From Porphyridium purpureum (taxonomy: Eukaryota): a DNA stretch of 64,000 nt. A program made the translations under genes and the position numbers. The DNA is taken from NCBI GenBank assembly GCA_008690995.1, contig VRMN01000010.1, positions 1-64,000 on the forward strand. The letters are read 5' to 3'. This document shows positions 8,521 through 19,333 of this stretch, in pieces; the stretch's first letter is position 1, and the number at the start of each line of letters is the position of its first letter. The notes beneath the pieces were generated by a model. It worked only from the letters and a program-made list of their open reading frames with translations, was not told the origin of the DNA and searched no databases.

Positions 8521-9781
8521 TCAAACCGATTTGAATTGGCGGTTTTCAGTGCGCCACCACTTAAGCACATGCATGAATGCTTCCCAAACGCGTCCGTGGT
8601 TGATACGCCGCCATATGAACTCCTCCAAATAAAGGTTCACACGATTTCCATCATAAGCAGAATCAGGCATGGTTGCTTTCACGGCCCGCCAAGTTCCTTC
8701 CACTGTATTCGTGTGCACTCCCGTAACCGGATCCTTGAAGTGCATTTCATGGTTTACGGTATAGTGTCTGAGTGTTATCCGTTCGACCCCAGTCACCTAG
8801 AACGGTTCAGTTAATCCGAAACCGGTAAGCCGTTAAACCGGTAGGCCGTTTAACCGTTTCTAGAAGCTTCTAGAGGTTCCAGAACCTTCTAGACGCGCGC
8901 AGAAATGCCAATGGTTTGCATTGTCATTTCTCTTGGCGCCTTGCTGTCCCTGACGGAAGTAAGGGTATAAAAAGGCGACGCGCCTGCCCGGACTAGCCGG
9001 TCAGGTCTTGCTCGGAGAGAGAAGCAGGCAAAGACGCAGAGAGTAATAAAGGCACAGCATTGGTAACACTGAGTGTCGGATGGTACTTCAAAATGAAGTA
9101 CGACTTCCAGCAATCCGTATGTATAATGGAGCCCGGGTGCACACGCTGCTGTATGATGGGAATTAAAGTGCGCGTTGTCCGGTTGGGCACCACTGTCATG
9201 AAGAGACGGCGTTCTTCAGTTCGTTCCACTCCGGCAAGCACCCATACCCCATCAACGCGATGTCCTCGATGGTACTTGCGCTTCCGAAACTTGCTTTCGT
9301 CGATTTCGACTGTAACATCCTGGCCACAAGTGGGAGCCTCATGCATAGCATCGTACTCGACATTGCACTGGCGTACATGCATGAGAATGCTGCGCACTGA
9401 GCTCCTCGCGAGTCTAGTCAACTCTGAAATCTGCGTGGCACAAAGACAGTGGAGCCAAAGAAAAACACAAAACAAGACATCGTGAAAAGCAAGATTTTTA
9501 TGGGCAGAGAAGAACGAATTTGTAGATCGAAGTGATACAAACTGCTGGCAAGCCTTTCTCTTGCACCTGAATGCACACTTTACCTGAATCTCGCGCATCT
9601 CCGCCGAGCAACCCACCGCAGGACAACGCATTTTTGCCGCAAGCACACCGATACTCATAAGGAACTGTATGCATGCATGCTCATCGGAGAGCAGTGCATA
9701 GACTTCCTTGAGCGTAGGAATACCGGCGTCCTCCATGCTCCTCCTCCCTTGCCCCTTCGTCAGCATGCATTCATGCTCCAT
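8521..9781 (-). mobile_element. Merlin (IS1595/ISXO2-like) DDE transposase interrupted by a solo LTR
   Basis: Zinc ribbon CPAVGC...CKRKAC; VEIDESKF.KRKYHRG, WVLAGVER, PGSIIHTDCWKSY, H.TVNH...F.DP.TGVHTNTVEGTW, YLEEFIWR. Removing the LTR and one TSD copy restores ...YHPTLRHYTVNH in frame. Confidence 0.92.
8773..9068 (+). mobile_element. Solo LTR (296 bp) with 5-bp TSD CTGAG
   Basis: TGTTATCC...GGTAACA termini; CTGAG at 8768-8772 and 9069-9073; internal TATAAAA (~8967) and AATAAA (~9045); homologous copy at 42855. Confidence 0.9.
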
Positions 9782-9845
9782 AACGTCAGGTTCGGTTTAT
9801 CGGTTTATTATTTCACTCTACCTCCTTGAGTACAGTTCATGGAGA

Positions 9846-11228
9846 ATGTACAGGTCGCACCCTCGCGCTCCGTCAGCCGCTGCACAGAATAAGCTAGACG
9901 CAGAGTTTCACGGGCGTTGGAAGTTTGTTATGGACTGTATCGGGTTCAAGGCTTTAGTCAGTGAGCCTCTGGGAAGCATGACAATGATGGATCTACGCAG
10001 AAAGGTTCGGGAGAACGAGCTGGAGCCCGTGACCAGGTCATTGATGGTCAAATTTCGGCAGCTGACGGGTTTAACGACGAGATGGTGCATAGATTTTGAC
10101 GCGAGCCAGCCAGGAAATCTGGTGTTTGCCGACTTTGCAATCACGGCTTTGCCGTGCAAACGGTTGAGCGCTGGTAAAACAGTGCTTTGGGCGAGGTCAA
10201 TAATGGACAGCCGCTTTCTACGATGGATTAGGGATACGCCAAGAGGTTACGCTAATCGCCTTGTCACGGAGGATCGGTTTGCGAATATGCCCAATGTCAC
10301 GGGTTTTCGCGTTCGGTGCGACGGTGATGTATGCAGTATGGTTCACTCGACGTCGGCGGGAGGAGCTGAAGACCTTGTTGCTCCTCATTCACCACGCGAG
10401 CTCATGTATGTTCAAGCTTATCATACGAGTCGTCACCGTGCTTCTACCAACGCGTTAAAGCCGCTAAAGTGGCCTGGTGAACAGCGCACAGTTACGTGGC
10501 CGACTGCCGTCCAACTGTGTAAGGCAGCCGATTGGCTGGCAGATGCAATTCGTGAGGAGACCAAGAATGACCGTGCCGGACAAGGTGTTCGAATTGAATT
10601 TAGGGTGAGCCTGAGACAGCACAGCTTTGCGGGTGTAGACGGTGAGTCCCTGTGGTTTGAACATGACACGGTCGAGCGCGTTGAGGAAAATGTCTGGGCC
10701 ATCGTTCTCCGATGGATGACGTCAGTGCTCTGCGGACAATATCTTCTGTGCTATCAGACGGACGAGCTCAACGATTATTTGCGAATCACGGCGGAGTGCT
10801 TGAGACTGACGGGTAGACGCGCGCTTGGACAGCTGGCCCGTATGAGTGACTTTGATGCAGATGGTCACTATTGCGAATCCGTCAGTTTTGCACGTCGTCC
10901 TCTGCATGCGTTGCTGATCTCGACATATATTTTGCAGACGGGACTTTTGCGCCGCTTGCCAACCGACAAGACGTGGTTTCGTCAGATTGTCATAGACATC
11001 TGTGGTTTTGACACATTCGTGGGGCAGCGTAAGGCAGGTAAAGTTGTATGGCTGAGGGTTACTGTAGGGTTTAGGGTTGGTGGTGGATGTACACTCCTGG
11101 CCAAGATGGTTGTCCCAGGTGCAATTTCAAGGTCTGAACTCCAGTTTTATAGTAAAAACGAGCGTTTTCATATAAAATCAACTAGAATACCTTTTTTAAC
11201 ATATTTTTGTTCCTCAGCTCAGAGGTAA
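9846..11228 (+). CDS. Uncharacterised ~400-aa ORF divergent from the Merlin transposase; 3' end runs into a telomere-like tract and the Tc1
   Basis: Long ORF with motifs WCIDFD, YVQAYH and GVRIEFRV; the last ~60 codons come from inserted sequence. Confidence 0.55.
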   Translation: MYRSHPRAPSAAAQNKLDAEFHGRWKFVMDCIGFKALVSEPLGSMTMMDLRRKVRENELEPVTRSLMVKFRQLTGLTTRWCIDFDASQPGNLVFADFAITALPCKRLSAGKTVLWARSIMDSRFLRWIRDTPRGYANRLVTEDRFANMPNVTGFRVRCDGDVCSMVHSTSAGGAEDLVAPHSPRELMYVQAYHTSRHRASTNALKPLKWPGEQRTVTWPTAVQLCKAADWLADAIREETKNDRAGQGVRIEFRVSLRQHSFAGVDGESLWFEHDTVERVEENVWAIVLRWMTSVLCGQYLLCYQTDELNDYLRITAECLRLTGRRALGQLARMSDFDADGHYCESVSFARRPLHALLISTYILQTGLLRRLPTDKTWFRQIVIDICGFDTFVGQRKAGKVVWLRVTVGFRVGGGCTLLAKMVVPGAISRSELQFYSKNERFHIKSTRIPFLTYFCSSAQR

Positions 11229-12640
11229 GCGCGCGCTTTTGCGGGACCCCATGAGGCCATGAAGGGGTTCAAGACATGTGAAAGAAGACTAACGCATCTA
11301 CTGCACTCGGGCATACGATCGCGACCAAGTCCAGCAACCGCAAGCATCGGAAACATGGCACCACGGCTCTCCGACTTCGAGAAAGGGCAGATTGACGCTC
11401 TGCACCGGCTCTGTCTGACGCCGCGGGCCATTGTAGCACGTCTTCATCCGCGACCAGACAAGACCCGACCATCGTACAAGACTGTGGAGCGATTTCTGAA
11501 GAATCGAGGCAAGAAAAGGGTTTTCAAGAAACCCGGACCGGCGCGGACAATATCGCCGAAATTGGAGCGTCGCCTGATTCGGCACGTCATTACGGATAGG
11601 TTGACGTCTGCACAGGCAGTGACGGAGCTGCAGCTTGCGTGCAGTGCGAGAACTGTTCGTCGTATCCTGCAGAGATCACCAGAGGTTCGTATTATCGCAC
11701 AGAGGCGAAAGTTCTTCATTTCGGAGAAGAACCGAGTCAAGCGGCTTGCATTTGCTCGAGAATACGTTCACAAGCCGCTATCGTTTTGGAAGAATGTCAT
11801 CTTCTCGGATGAAAAGATCTTTCGGCTGGACGGGCCACACGGGTACAACAAGACTTATCAGCGAACGCGAGGCCCTGAGCCCGCGCCAACTATGCGTCGC
11901 CATAGTGGCGGAGGATCCGCAATGTTTTGGGGTGCCATGTCGTGGCACGGACTGAGTACGTTGCATCGTGTTCAAGGCTCGCTGAATGCCGAGCGATATC
12001 GGCAGGTTATGCTGAACGTCATGATGCCCTGGGCACTGGAACTGCCTTGGCGCCTTGATCAGCCGGATTGTCCATTCATATTTCAGCAAGATAATGCGCC
12101 CGGACATGCAGCGCTGAGCACGCGCGAGCTGTTTGACACGGTCGGAATCGCACTACTTGATTGGCCAGCGCGGTCGCCGGACTTGAATCCAGTTGAGAAT
12201 CTGTGGGCGATCGTTTCTCGCCGTGTGCATTGGCAGGGACGCCAGTTTATGCGCCTCGATGACATGCTTCCAGTTATCTATGACTGCTGGCGAACGGAAG
12301 CGCCAGAGTATGTTGAGGCACTTTTCGAGAGCATGCCCCGTCGTCTGCAAGCTTGCATCGACGCCGGTGGCCGTCAAACCAAGTACTAGTTTCGTTAAGA
12401 CAGTTAAATCTCTTCTCATAAGCGTGTTTGTCCTCATCAACCTGTTTCATTGTATTTCTTTTCTGCGGCCCTTCTCACAGGTGTCTCACTGTTCTACGAT
12501 GCCTTTCTAAGCCCTTACCGCTTTCCCGTGCCGCGGATTCGTTTCGTGCCATCAAAACAGACGACAACCTAGTCGAAAAGCTGAGTTATTCACAAAAAAC
12601 TTCATTTAATCCTGTGGGACAACTAACTTGGCCAGGACTG
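11092..12640 (+). mobile_element. Complete Tc1-like DNA transposon
   Basis: 26-bp TIRs CACTCCTGGCCAAGATGGTTGTCCCA / reverse-complemented CAGTCCTGGCCAAGTTAGTTGTCCCA (23/26); TA on both flanks. Confidence 0.93.
11355..12389 (+). CDS. Tc1 DD34E transposase
   Basis: HTH N-terminus, VIFSDEK, FQQDNAPGH, WPARSPDLNPVENLW with 34 residues between D and E; no stops. Confidence 0.95.
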   Translation: MAPRLSDFEKGQIDALHRLCLTPRAIVARLHPRPDKTRPSYKTVERFLKNRGKKRVFKKPGPARTISPKLERRLIRHVITDRLTSAQAVTELQLACSARTVRRILQRSPEVRIIAQRRKFFISEKNRVKRLAFAREYVHKPLSFWKNVIFSDEKIFRLDGPHGYNKTYQRTRGPEPAPTMRRHSGGGSAMFWGAMSWHGLSTLHRVQGSLNAERYRQVMLNVMMPWALELPWRLDQPDCPFIFQQDNAPGHAALSTRELFDTVGIALLDWPARSPDLNPVENLWAIVSRRVHWQGRQFMRLDDMLPVIYDCWRTEAPEYVEALFESMPRRLQACIDAGGRQTKY

Positions 12641-12717
12641 TATAGTAATTTTAAACTGTAGACCACACCCTTCCCTTCCCAAAAATCACCTCTAACCATT
12701 CTCGCTTTACGCGAACG

Positions 12718-15700
12718 CTATAAACCTGGTCTTATCCAATCATCCAGCCCATTTACGTTTGCCTGTTCCGCGGCCTTGCGGTACCACTCGGCCGCGGCGC
12801 GCTTGTCCTGCCGCAGCCCGCCCATCCCTTTCGCGTAACAAATGCCCAATTTTAACTGCGCCGCTGCGTCTCCCTGTTCCGCGGCCTTGCGGTACCACTC
12901 GACCGCGGCGCGATCGTCCTGCGGCAGCCCGCCCTCCCCGTTCTCGTAACAAGTGCCCAAATTATTCTGCGCCGCTGCTTCTCCCTGCTCCGCGGCCTTG
13001 CGGTACCACTCGACGGCCGCGCGCTTGTCCTGCGGCAGCCCGCCCTCCCCGTTCTTGTAACAAGTGCCCAAATTAAACTGCGCCGCTGCTTCTCCCTGTT
13101 CCGCGGCCTTGCGGTACCACTCGACGGCCGCGCGCTTGTCCTGCTGCAGCCCGCCCTCCCCGTTCTTGTAACAAGTGCCCAAATTATTCTGCGCCGCTGC
13201 GTCTCCCTGCTCCGCGGCCTTGCGGTACCACTCGACGGCCGCGCGCTTGTCCTGCGGCAGCCCGCCCTCCCCATTCTTGTAACAAGTGCCCAAATTTTTC
13301 TGCGCGCGTGCGTCTCCATGCTCCGCGGCCTTGCGCCACCACTCGACCGCGGCGCGCTTGTCCTGCGGCAGCCCGCCCAATCCGAACTCGTAACAACAGC
13401 CCAAATTAAACTGCGCCGTTGCGTCTCCCTGCTCCGCGGCCTTGCGCCACCAATTGACCGCGGCGCGGTCGTCCTGCGGCAGCCCGCACTCCCCTTTCGC
13501 GTAACAACGGCCCAAATTAAACTGCGCGTCTGCAAATCCCTGATCCGCAGCCTTGCGGTACCACTCGACCGCGGCGCGCCTGTCCTGCGGCAGCCCGCCC
13601 TCCCCGATTTCGTAATGAACGCCCAAACCAAACTGCGCGCCTGCAAATCCCTGATCCGCAGCCTTGCGCCACCACTCGACCGCGGCGCGCTTGTCCTGCG
13701 GCAGCCCGCCCTCCCCGTCGTGGTAACAACGGCCCAAATTATACTGCCCCTTTGCGAGTCCCTGTTCCGCGGCCTTGCGGTACCACTCGACCGCGATGCG
13801 CTTCTCCTGCGGCAGCCCGCCCAAATCGTACTCGTAACAATAACCCAAACTGTTCTGCGCCGCTGCGTCTCCCTGCTCCGCCGCCTTAAGCAACCACTCG
13901 ACCGCCGTGCGCGTGTCCTGCGGCAGCCCGCCCAAACCCTCGTGATAAAAATAGCCCAGCCGGCCCTGCGAGTGAGCGTCGCCCAATTGCGCCGCCTTGC
14001 GGTACCACTCCAGCGCTTCCGCAAAGTCCTTGTTGTCCTCAGCAGTCCGACCACGTCGCTGCCAGTCCGCCGTGTCGCGCCGCGCCTGCTCCGCGGCGGC
14101 GGCGGCGCGATGCGCAGCTCTCGCGCCTCCTTCTCGCGCCGCGCTTGCTCCACCGCAGCAGCGCGTTGCGCGGCTAGCTCTCGCGCCTCCTTCTCACGCC
14201 GCGCTTGCTCTGCCGCGGCAGCGGCGGCCTCTTCTTCACGCTTCCGCGCAGCAGCAGCTTCCGCTTCGCGCCGCGCGGCAAGGTCGCGCGCTTCCTTCTC
14301 GAGGCGCTCGTGTTCCTCTGCGGCTGCCCGACGAACGGCGGCTGCGTGCTCTAGAGCCTGACGATCGCGCTCCGCTTTCTTCTTGTCCTCTTCAAGCCGC
14401 CTCTTCTCAGCCTCATTCTGTTGCCGTCTTAGCGCTGCCTGCTCTTCGGTCTCCACCGCCTTGAACCATTCAGACCCCGCCGGGCTGCCGAGCTTTGCGG
14501 CCTTGGCATACCACTCCTTCGCCAGGCTCCAGTTCTGCGGCACGCCCCGCCCAGAGTGGTGGCAGCGGCCATACTCAATCATGGCGTCCGTGCGTCCTTT
14601 CTCAGCGGCTGCGCGCACCCAACCGGCGCCATGTTCCAAGTGCTGGCTCCTGCCGTGCGAGCCGTCGAGCAAAATCTTGCCCAGCCGGAATTGGCCTTCC
14701 GCGGCACCTGATTCCGCTGCTAGCTTAAAATACTCATACGCGTGCGTCATGTTCCCCGCTTTCTCCCATTCCTCTGCGTAGCGGAGCTTGTCATCGGCAC
14801 TCAGCGTTTGCGCTTGTGCGGGCTGGGATACACTTGGCCCCGCCGAACTGCCTCCCGTGCTCGACACTGCGGCTCCTGACCGACCAGATGCCACCGTAAC
14901 GTGCGAAACGCGTGCACCCAACGCACCAACCTCTACCGTGCTCGCGTCAGAAGAGGACGCAATGGCAGAGACACAGGCCTGCTCCTTGCAAAATGCCACC
15001 GAAATTTTCGCCATGCTCGGGCGCTCTCGAGCATTCATTCTCAAGCATGCTTTAGCCGTGTCTACTAACCACGTCGGCCAGGCGTTTGCGTATGTACTTT
15101 TCTTCAGCCTGTGCCACGGCACGCCCTTCGTCGGATCCCTGAGTGCCATATCGATTTCCACCTGCGTCGCTCTGCCAAACATGGGCTCGCCCAATACCAT
15201 CTCATACAACATGACTCCAAACGACCACACGTCACAAGTCCGGTCATACTTGTCACCACGCATGACCTCTGGCGCCATGTACGCATCTGTGCCAGCCTTT
15301 GATTTTGCATATGACCCGGTGTTCTTCACGGTTGCCAACCCAAAGTCGCTGATCTTGGCCGTGTATTCCTCCGTGAGCAGAATATTCTGAGGCTTGATGT
15401 CTCTGTGGATCAGTTTCGCAGAATGCAGGTACTTGAGACCATTCACGATGCCAACAAAAATGTCCAACAGCTGCGCGCGGGGCAGCACACCCTGCATACT
15501 ACTTCGAAACATGTGTTTGTCCAGCGAGCCGTTCGCTGCGTATTCTAAAAGAATGAATGGCTTCCTGTGACGCTGCGTACCGCTCTCGAGCGGATAGAAC
15601 CCACCACGCGTCTGGATGATGTTCGTATGAGAGAGCCGCCACATCGCCCCGAGCTCGTTCTTCAACTGAATCAGCGCATCCATTGTTTCCGTCGGTACTT

Positions 15701-16541
15701 CCTTGATGGCCACCGTTGACCCAAAGCATGTGCCTTTGTAAACAATTCCAAAACCTCCAGAGCCCAGCATAACGTACTCGTCCAATTCGTCACGCTCTTT
15801 TCGGACGTGCGCGACGTCGACATACCATGGCTCCGTTTTCGTGGGTCCGGTCGACAAGCCGCTGGAATTAGAAGCGTCTGTGTACGGCTTGTGGATATCC
15901 ACGCGGAGACTGTGCATCTGAAGAACAGCGCTCTTTTCTGATCCGGAACCAAGTTGCTCTTCGAGCTTGGGTCGATCCTTGACCTTATCCTTCTCCAGAG
16001 CCAAAAGTATTTGCTGGTGCCTATGTTCTTGCACATGCGTGCCTCGTTTGTGAGAGTCCGCAAGCTTGAACAAAACGATGCGCGATAACTGAGCTTCGAG
16101 CTTGTCCAGCGTATCGCTGCAGGTCTGAAATTCGGCCTGGTAGTTCTTTGCCCTCATCACGCGACGAAACTTCTCATTCCAGCGTTCTGCGGACGAGAAC
16201 TTTTCCACAAGCGAGCAGGTGGACTCGAGCGCGGACGTCAGATCCGCCAGGCACTCGAGCAGGCGACCGTGCTGCGCCTGGTCTGTGCCCGACCTCATCT
16301 TTTCGCCTTGGCCACCAAAATAATCAAGCAGCACGCTCTCAATGCCGGCGGCCTGCTTTGCCAGCTGCTTACATGTGTCGTGCATGGCTCGCGCGGCCTG
16401 CGCCAGCTCCACGATGACCTTGATGACCGCGTACGCCGCCGCAACGTACGGCAAAACCTCGCCGACATCGTTGGCGATCGTGCCTCCGACTTTGAGGGCT
16501 TCCTCAAACGCCGCGCGCTCCGCTGCGCGACCTGCCGCCAT
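12718..16541 (-). CDS. MLKL-like helical N-terminus + TKL-type protein kinase + Sel1 repeats; one frameshift near 14116
   Basis: Kinase motifs GSGGFG, VAIK, HRDIKPQN, DFG, APE; Sel1 units and an E/A/R coiled coil follow. At gagctgcgcatcgc (minus strand) the natural sequence continues in the frame of ORF 12718..13986 (..AAEQARRDTADW...EWYRKAAQLGDA..). Confidence 0.85.
12763..13983 (-). repeat. Eleven tandem 111-bp Sel1 repeat units
   Basis: 37-aa unit GDAAAQxNLGxCYxxGEGGLPQDKRAAVEWYRKAAEQ. Confidence 0.95.
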
Positions 16542-17435
16542 GACGCCGTAGACGAGCCGCCGCGCGGACTCTGGCTCTGTTCTCGACGCGTGCGAGCGTG
16601 TGTACCCGGCTATCCCAAAGACAGTGCCGTCGAGATTCCACCGTCCACTCCGTGCGCAACCACCACGCGCACCGATAAAGCCAAACCGTCTCTACCCCGC
16701 TTGCACGTGCTGCGTGGTCCACGCCGCAACGCGTGGCAAACGTGAGATGCCGAAGCAATTTATACTGTGCTCGGGTCGCAGTGCGGTGCTTACCGTGCAC
16801 ACTGCGCGCAGAACAATAGGCGCAAGCCCCTCAAAATCGGCGGCATCCAAATCAGCCGCGCCACTCGGACACGCGCAACAGAATTCGCATTCTGCTGGAT
16901 AAAACAGTGCCCAAAACGAGCTCGCTTATGGCCCAGCGCCAACGGCGCGTGTGGAAACGGTGGCCACCGGGCAGAAGTCGCCGCGGTGCATAGCAAATCG
17001 AGGCGCTTTAGTAGAAGCGCGCTCACACGCAAGAACGCGCCAGGGGCGCGGGAGGGAATAAAAACGACGCGTGTCAGCCAGCGGCGAGGCGCGCGTTTCG
17101 ACGTGATGCGGCTGCCCGCGCGGTTGCGTACCAGCGCGGCGCGGATTCGCGCGTGTAGAAAATCGGGGTGGGCTAGCGAAAGGGGGTACACTTGTGAGCG
17201 ACAACATGGTTTGACAGGCAACGCGCGCATGGCGCGAGCGGAACCGCTCATGCGCGGTGGCTACCATGTCCCACACAAGGCACTAGTTACGTGTCGCGCA
17301 AGGTCCTCGGTGGTCAGCCCGAAGAACACATGGTACATCTTGGTTTGCCATATGCAAGCAGCGTGGCGGAAGTAGAGACGCTTGCAATCTAACCTTTTCA
17401 AATGCCTCTCATATTCACATGCTTCTAAGCACGGT

Positions 17436-19333
17436 CTAGTCCTTCGCGGACGCGTCGATAGACACTTTCAAAAGCCGCCACCGGTTGATCGCGGCCGCGA
17501 GCTCGAGAGGGCGCGGCCGCGAGTAGTAACCAATGCCTTTCCACCCGCTCGGAGCCACGGCGTCCAGACCCTTCGCGTCCAGCGCAGCCTCAACACGCGC
17601 AACCAGCTTCTTCATGCCTTGCACCGGCGCGGTCTGCTTGCTCACCATCTCCACATACTGCATGGCGTCCGCAATCAAGCGCGTCTGTCCCAATTCAACG
17701 AGCTGCTCGAGCGCGCGAAGGTTGATCGCAAACTCCTCCGAGCCATACTGGATTCGCCCCATGTCACGCACATACACCTTGCTACCGCCGGCCGGTGCCA
17801 GCGAGCGCAAGTGGATCTTCCTGTCCGAACCTAGCAAGGCCGACAGCTCCGCGTCACTGTCCAGCACGGCCGTGCTCATTTGCTGCGCGCCACCGCGACC
17901 TTGCGCACACGAAATGCTTTTCGCCTCGTCCGAGACATCGTACGCTTTGTAGCAGTCCATCATGATCACGGTATCGGCAACATCAAAGAACGCACCGCAG
18001 CTGCCCACTACCCAAAGGCTCGAGATCCCATGCGATTCGTACAGCACGCGGACACGTTCCAAAAACGGCGTGATTGGCTCCTTGTGCTTGCCCACGAGCG
18101 CCGACATGACCGCATCCCGATACATAAAGTTGGTCGCGCATGTGTCCTCGTCAAAGATAAGCAAGTCACAACCCATTTCCAGCGCCTCGGCGATGTTCGC
18201 CGCTTGGCTCGTACTCCCAGATGCGTCGGCAGTCGAAAAGTCATTTGTGGCACGCCCGAACGGCAGATTCGAAATGAACGGCGAGATGTCGAGCGACTAT
18301 ACCGCGCGACCATCTTCAGCGCGCATTTTGGACGCAAAAGCCAGGCACGAGACAAACTCTCGCCCATCGCCGGGCACATGGTTATATACGCCTAACTCGA
18401 TCGCCTGCAACGGCGTCGACTTTCCGTGAAAGCCGCCTCCAACAATGATATTCACTCCCTTTCGAATGCCCATGCCGGTCAGCGTCTTGCCGCTCGGCAG
18501 TGCCGCGCTGACGCGCAGCACGTCTGGCGAGGAAAACGGGAGCGCAGACGCTGAAGGCATCGGAAGCTCACTCGCACCATGCAGTCGCGGCAAGATGGCG
18601 ACATATGGAACGAAAGCCACGAGGCCAGCCGGTTCCGGCATGCCTCGCAGGGCGGCTTGATCTTCCGCACAGATCACATGCTCATGCGCGGCCTGCGCGC
18701 TGTACTGACGCTTGGTCTGATGGTCATTCTCCTGCTCCAAGCTAAGCTACAAAAAGCTTTGCTGAACAAGGCGCAGAACAGTCTCGCACAGGATCGTGTG
18801 CGCCTTTCGTCCTTCGATCGTACGACCCGATGCGGGCAGGCCGAGCTCAAAGCGTGCCTCCAACGTCCACTCTGACGAATCATCGGCGCGTAAAAGCTGC
18901 AGGGACGACTGCTCTAGAATGCACGCGCCCGGATGCGCCATCCGCAGATCGCCACCCTTTGACGCCGCCCAGCCAGAGCCAGACGAGCTTGGCGCATCGC
19001 CAAAACTGCTGGAGTTCTGCGCTCGCTCTTCGAACTGCCGCATCGTCGCACAGCAGCGCCGCGTCAAAAAGTCGCACAGAGCGACGCGGCGCACGCGCGA
19101 CGCCAGCAGCTCGACGGGTAGCGCGAGCTCTCCCGCCACGCACCTGACAACCACGCGGCTTCGTGCAGCGTAAGCATCACTTTGAACGTGCGCGATGCTG
19201 AGCTCAAAGCGCTGCGCGCCACTCGCAGCAAACGCATACCAACGCGATCCCAGCTGCTTGTACGCCCAGCGCGCTGAATCAGCCGAGCAAGAGCGGCCGC
19301 TGTGACTGGCGCGTCACTGCCCATAGTATCCAT
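17436..19333 (-). pseudogene. Predicted ABC-class ATPase (PF09818-like) pseudogene
   Basis: HVQSDAYA, LPASGRTIEG, GGGFHGKST, RAEDGR, DISPFISNLP, ASGSTSQAA, DEDTCATNFM. In-frame TAG stops at 18747 and 18297 and a frameshift near 19.2 kb. Confidence 0.85.

Noticed and set aside
11038..12661. Intron (GTAAAG...CTGTAG) hosting the Tc1
   Set aside because: No convincing downstream exon; the Sel1 gene end follows within ~60 bp
12852..14110. Arg-rich C-terminus of the 1229-aa ORF
   Set aside because: Out-of-frame reading of the Sel1 array after the frameshift
17436..19333. TAG readthrough or recoding in the ATPase gene
   Set aside because: The gene also has a frameshift, and intact genes here (UBA3, Tc1 transposase) terminate at TAG; ordinary pseudogenisation is simpler
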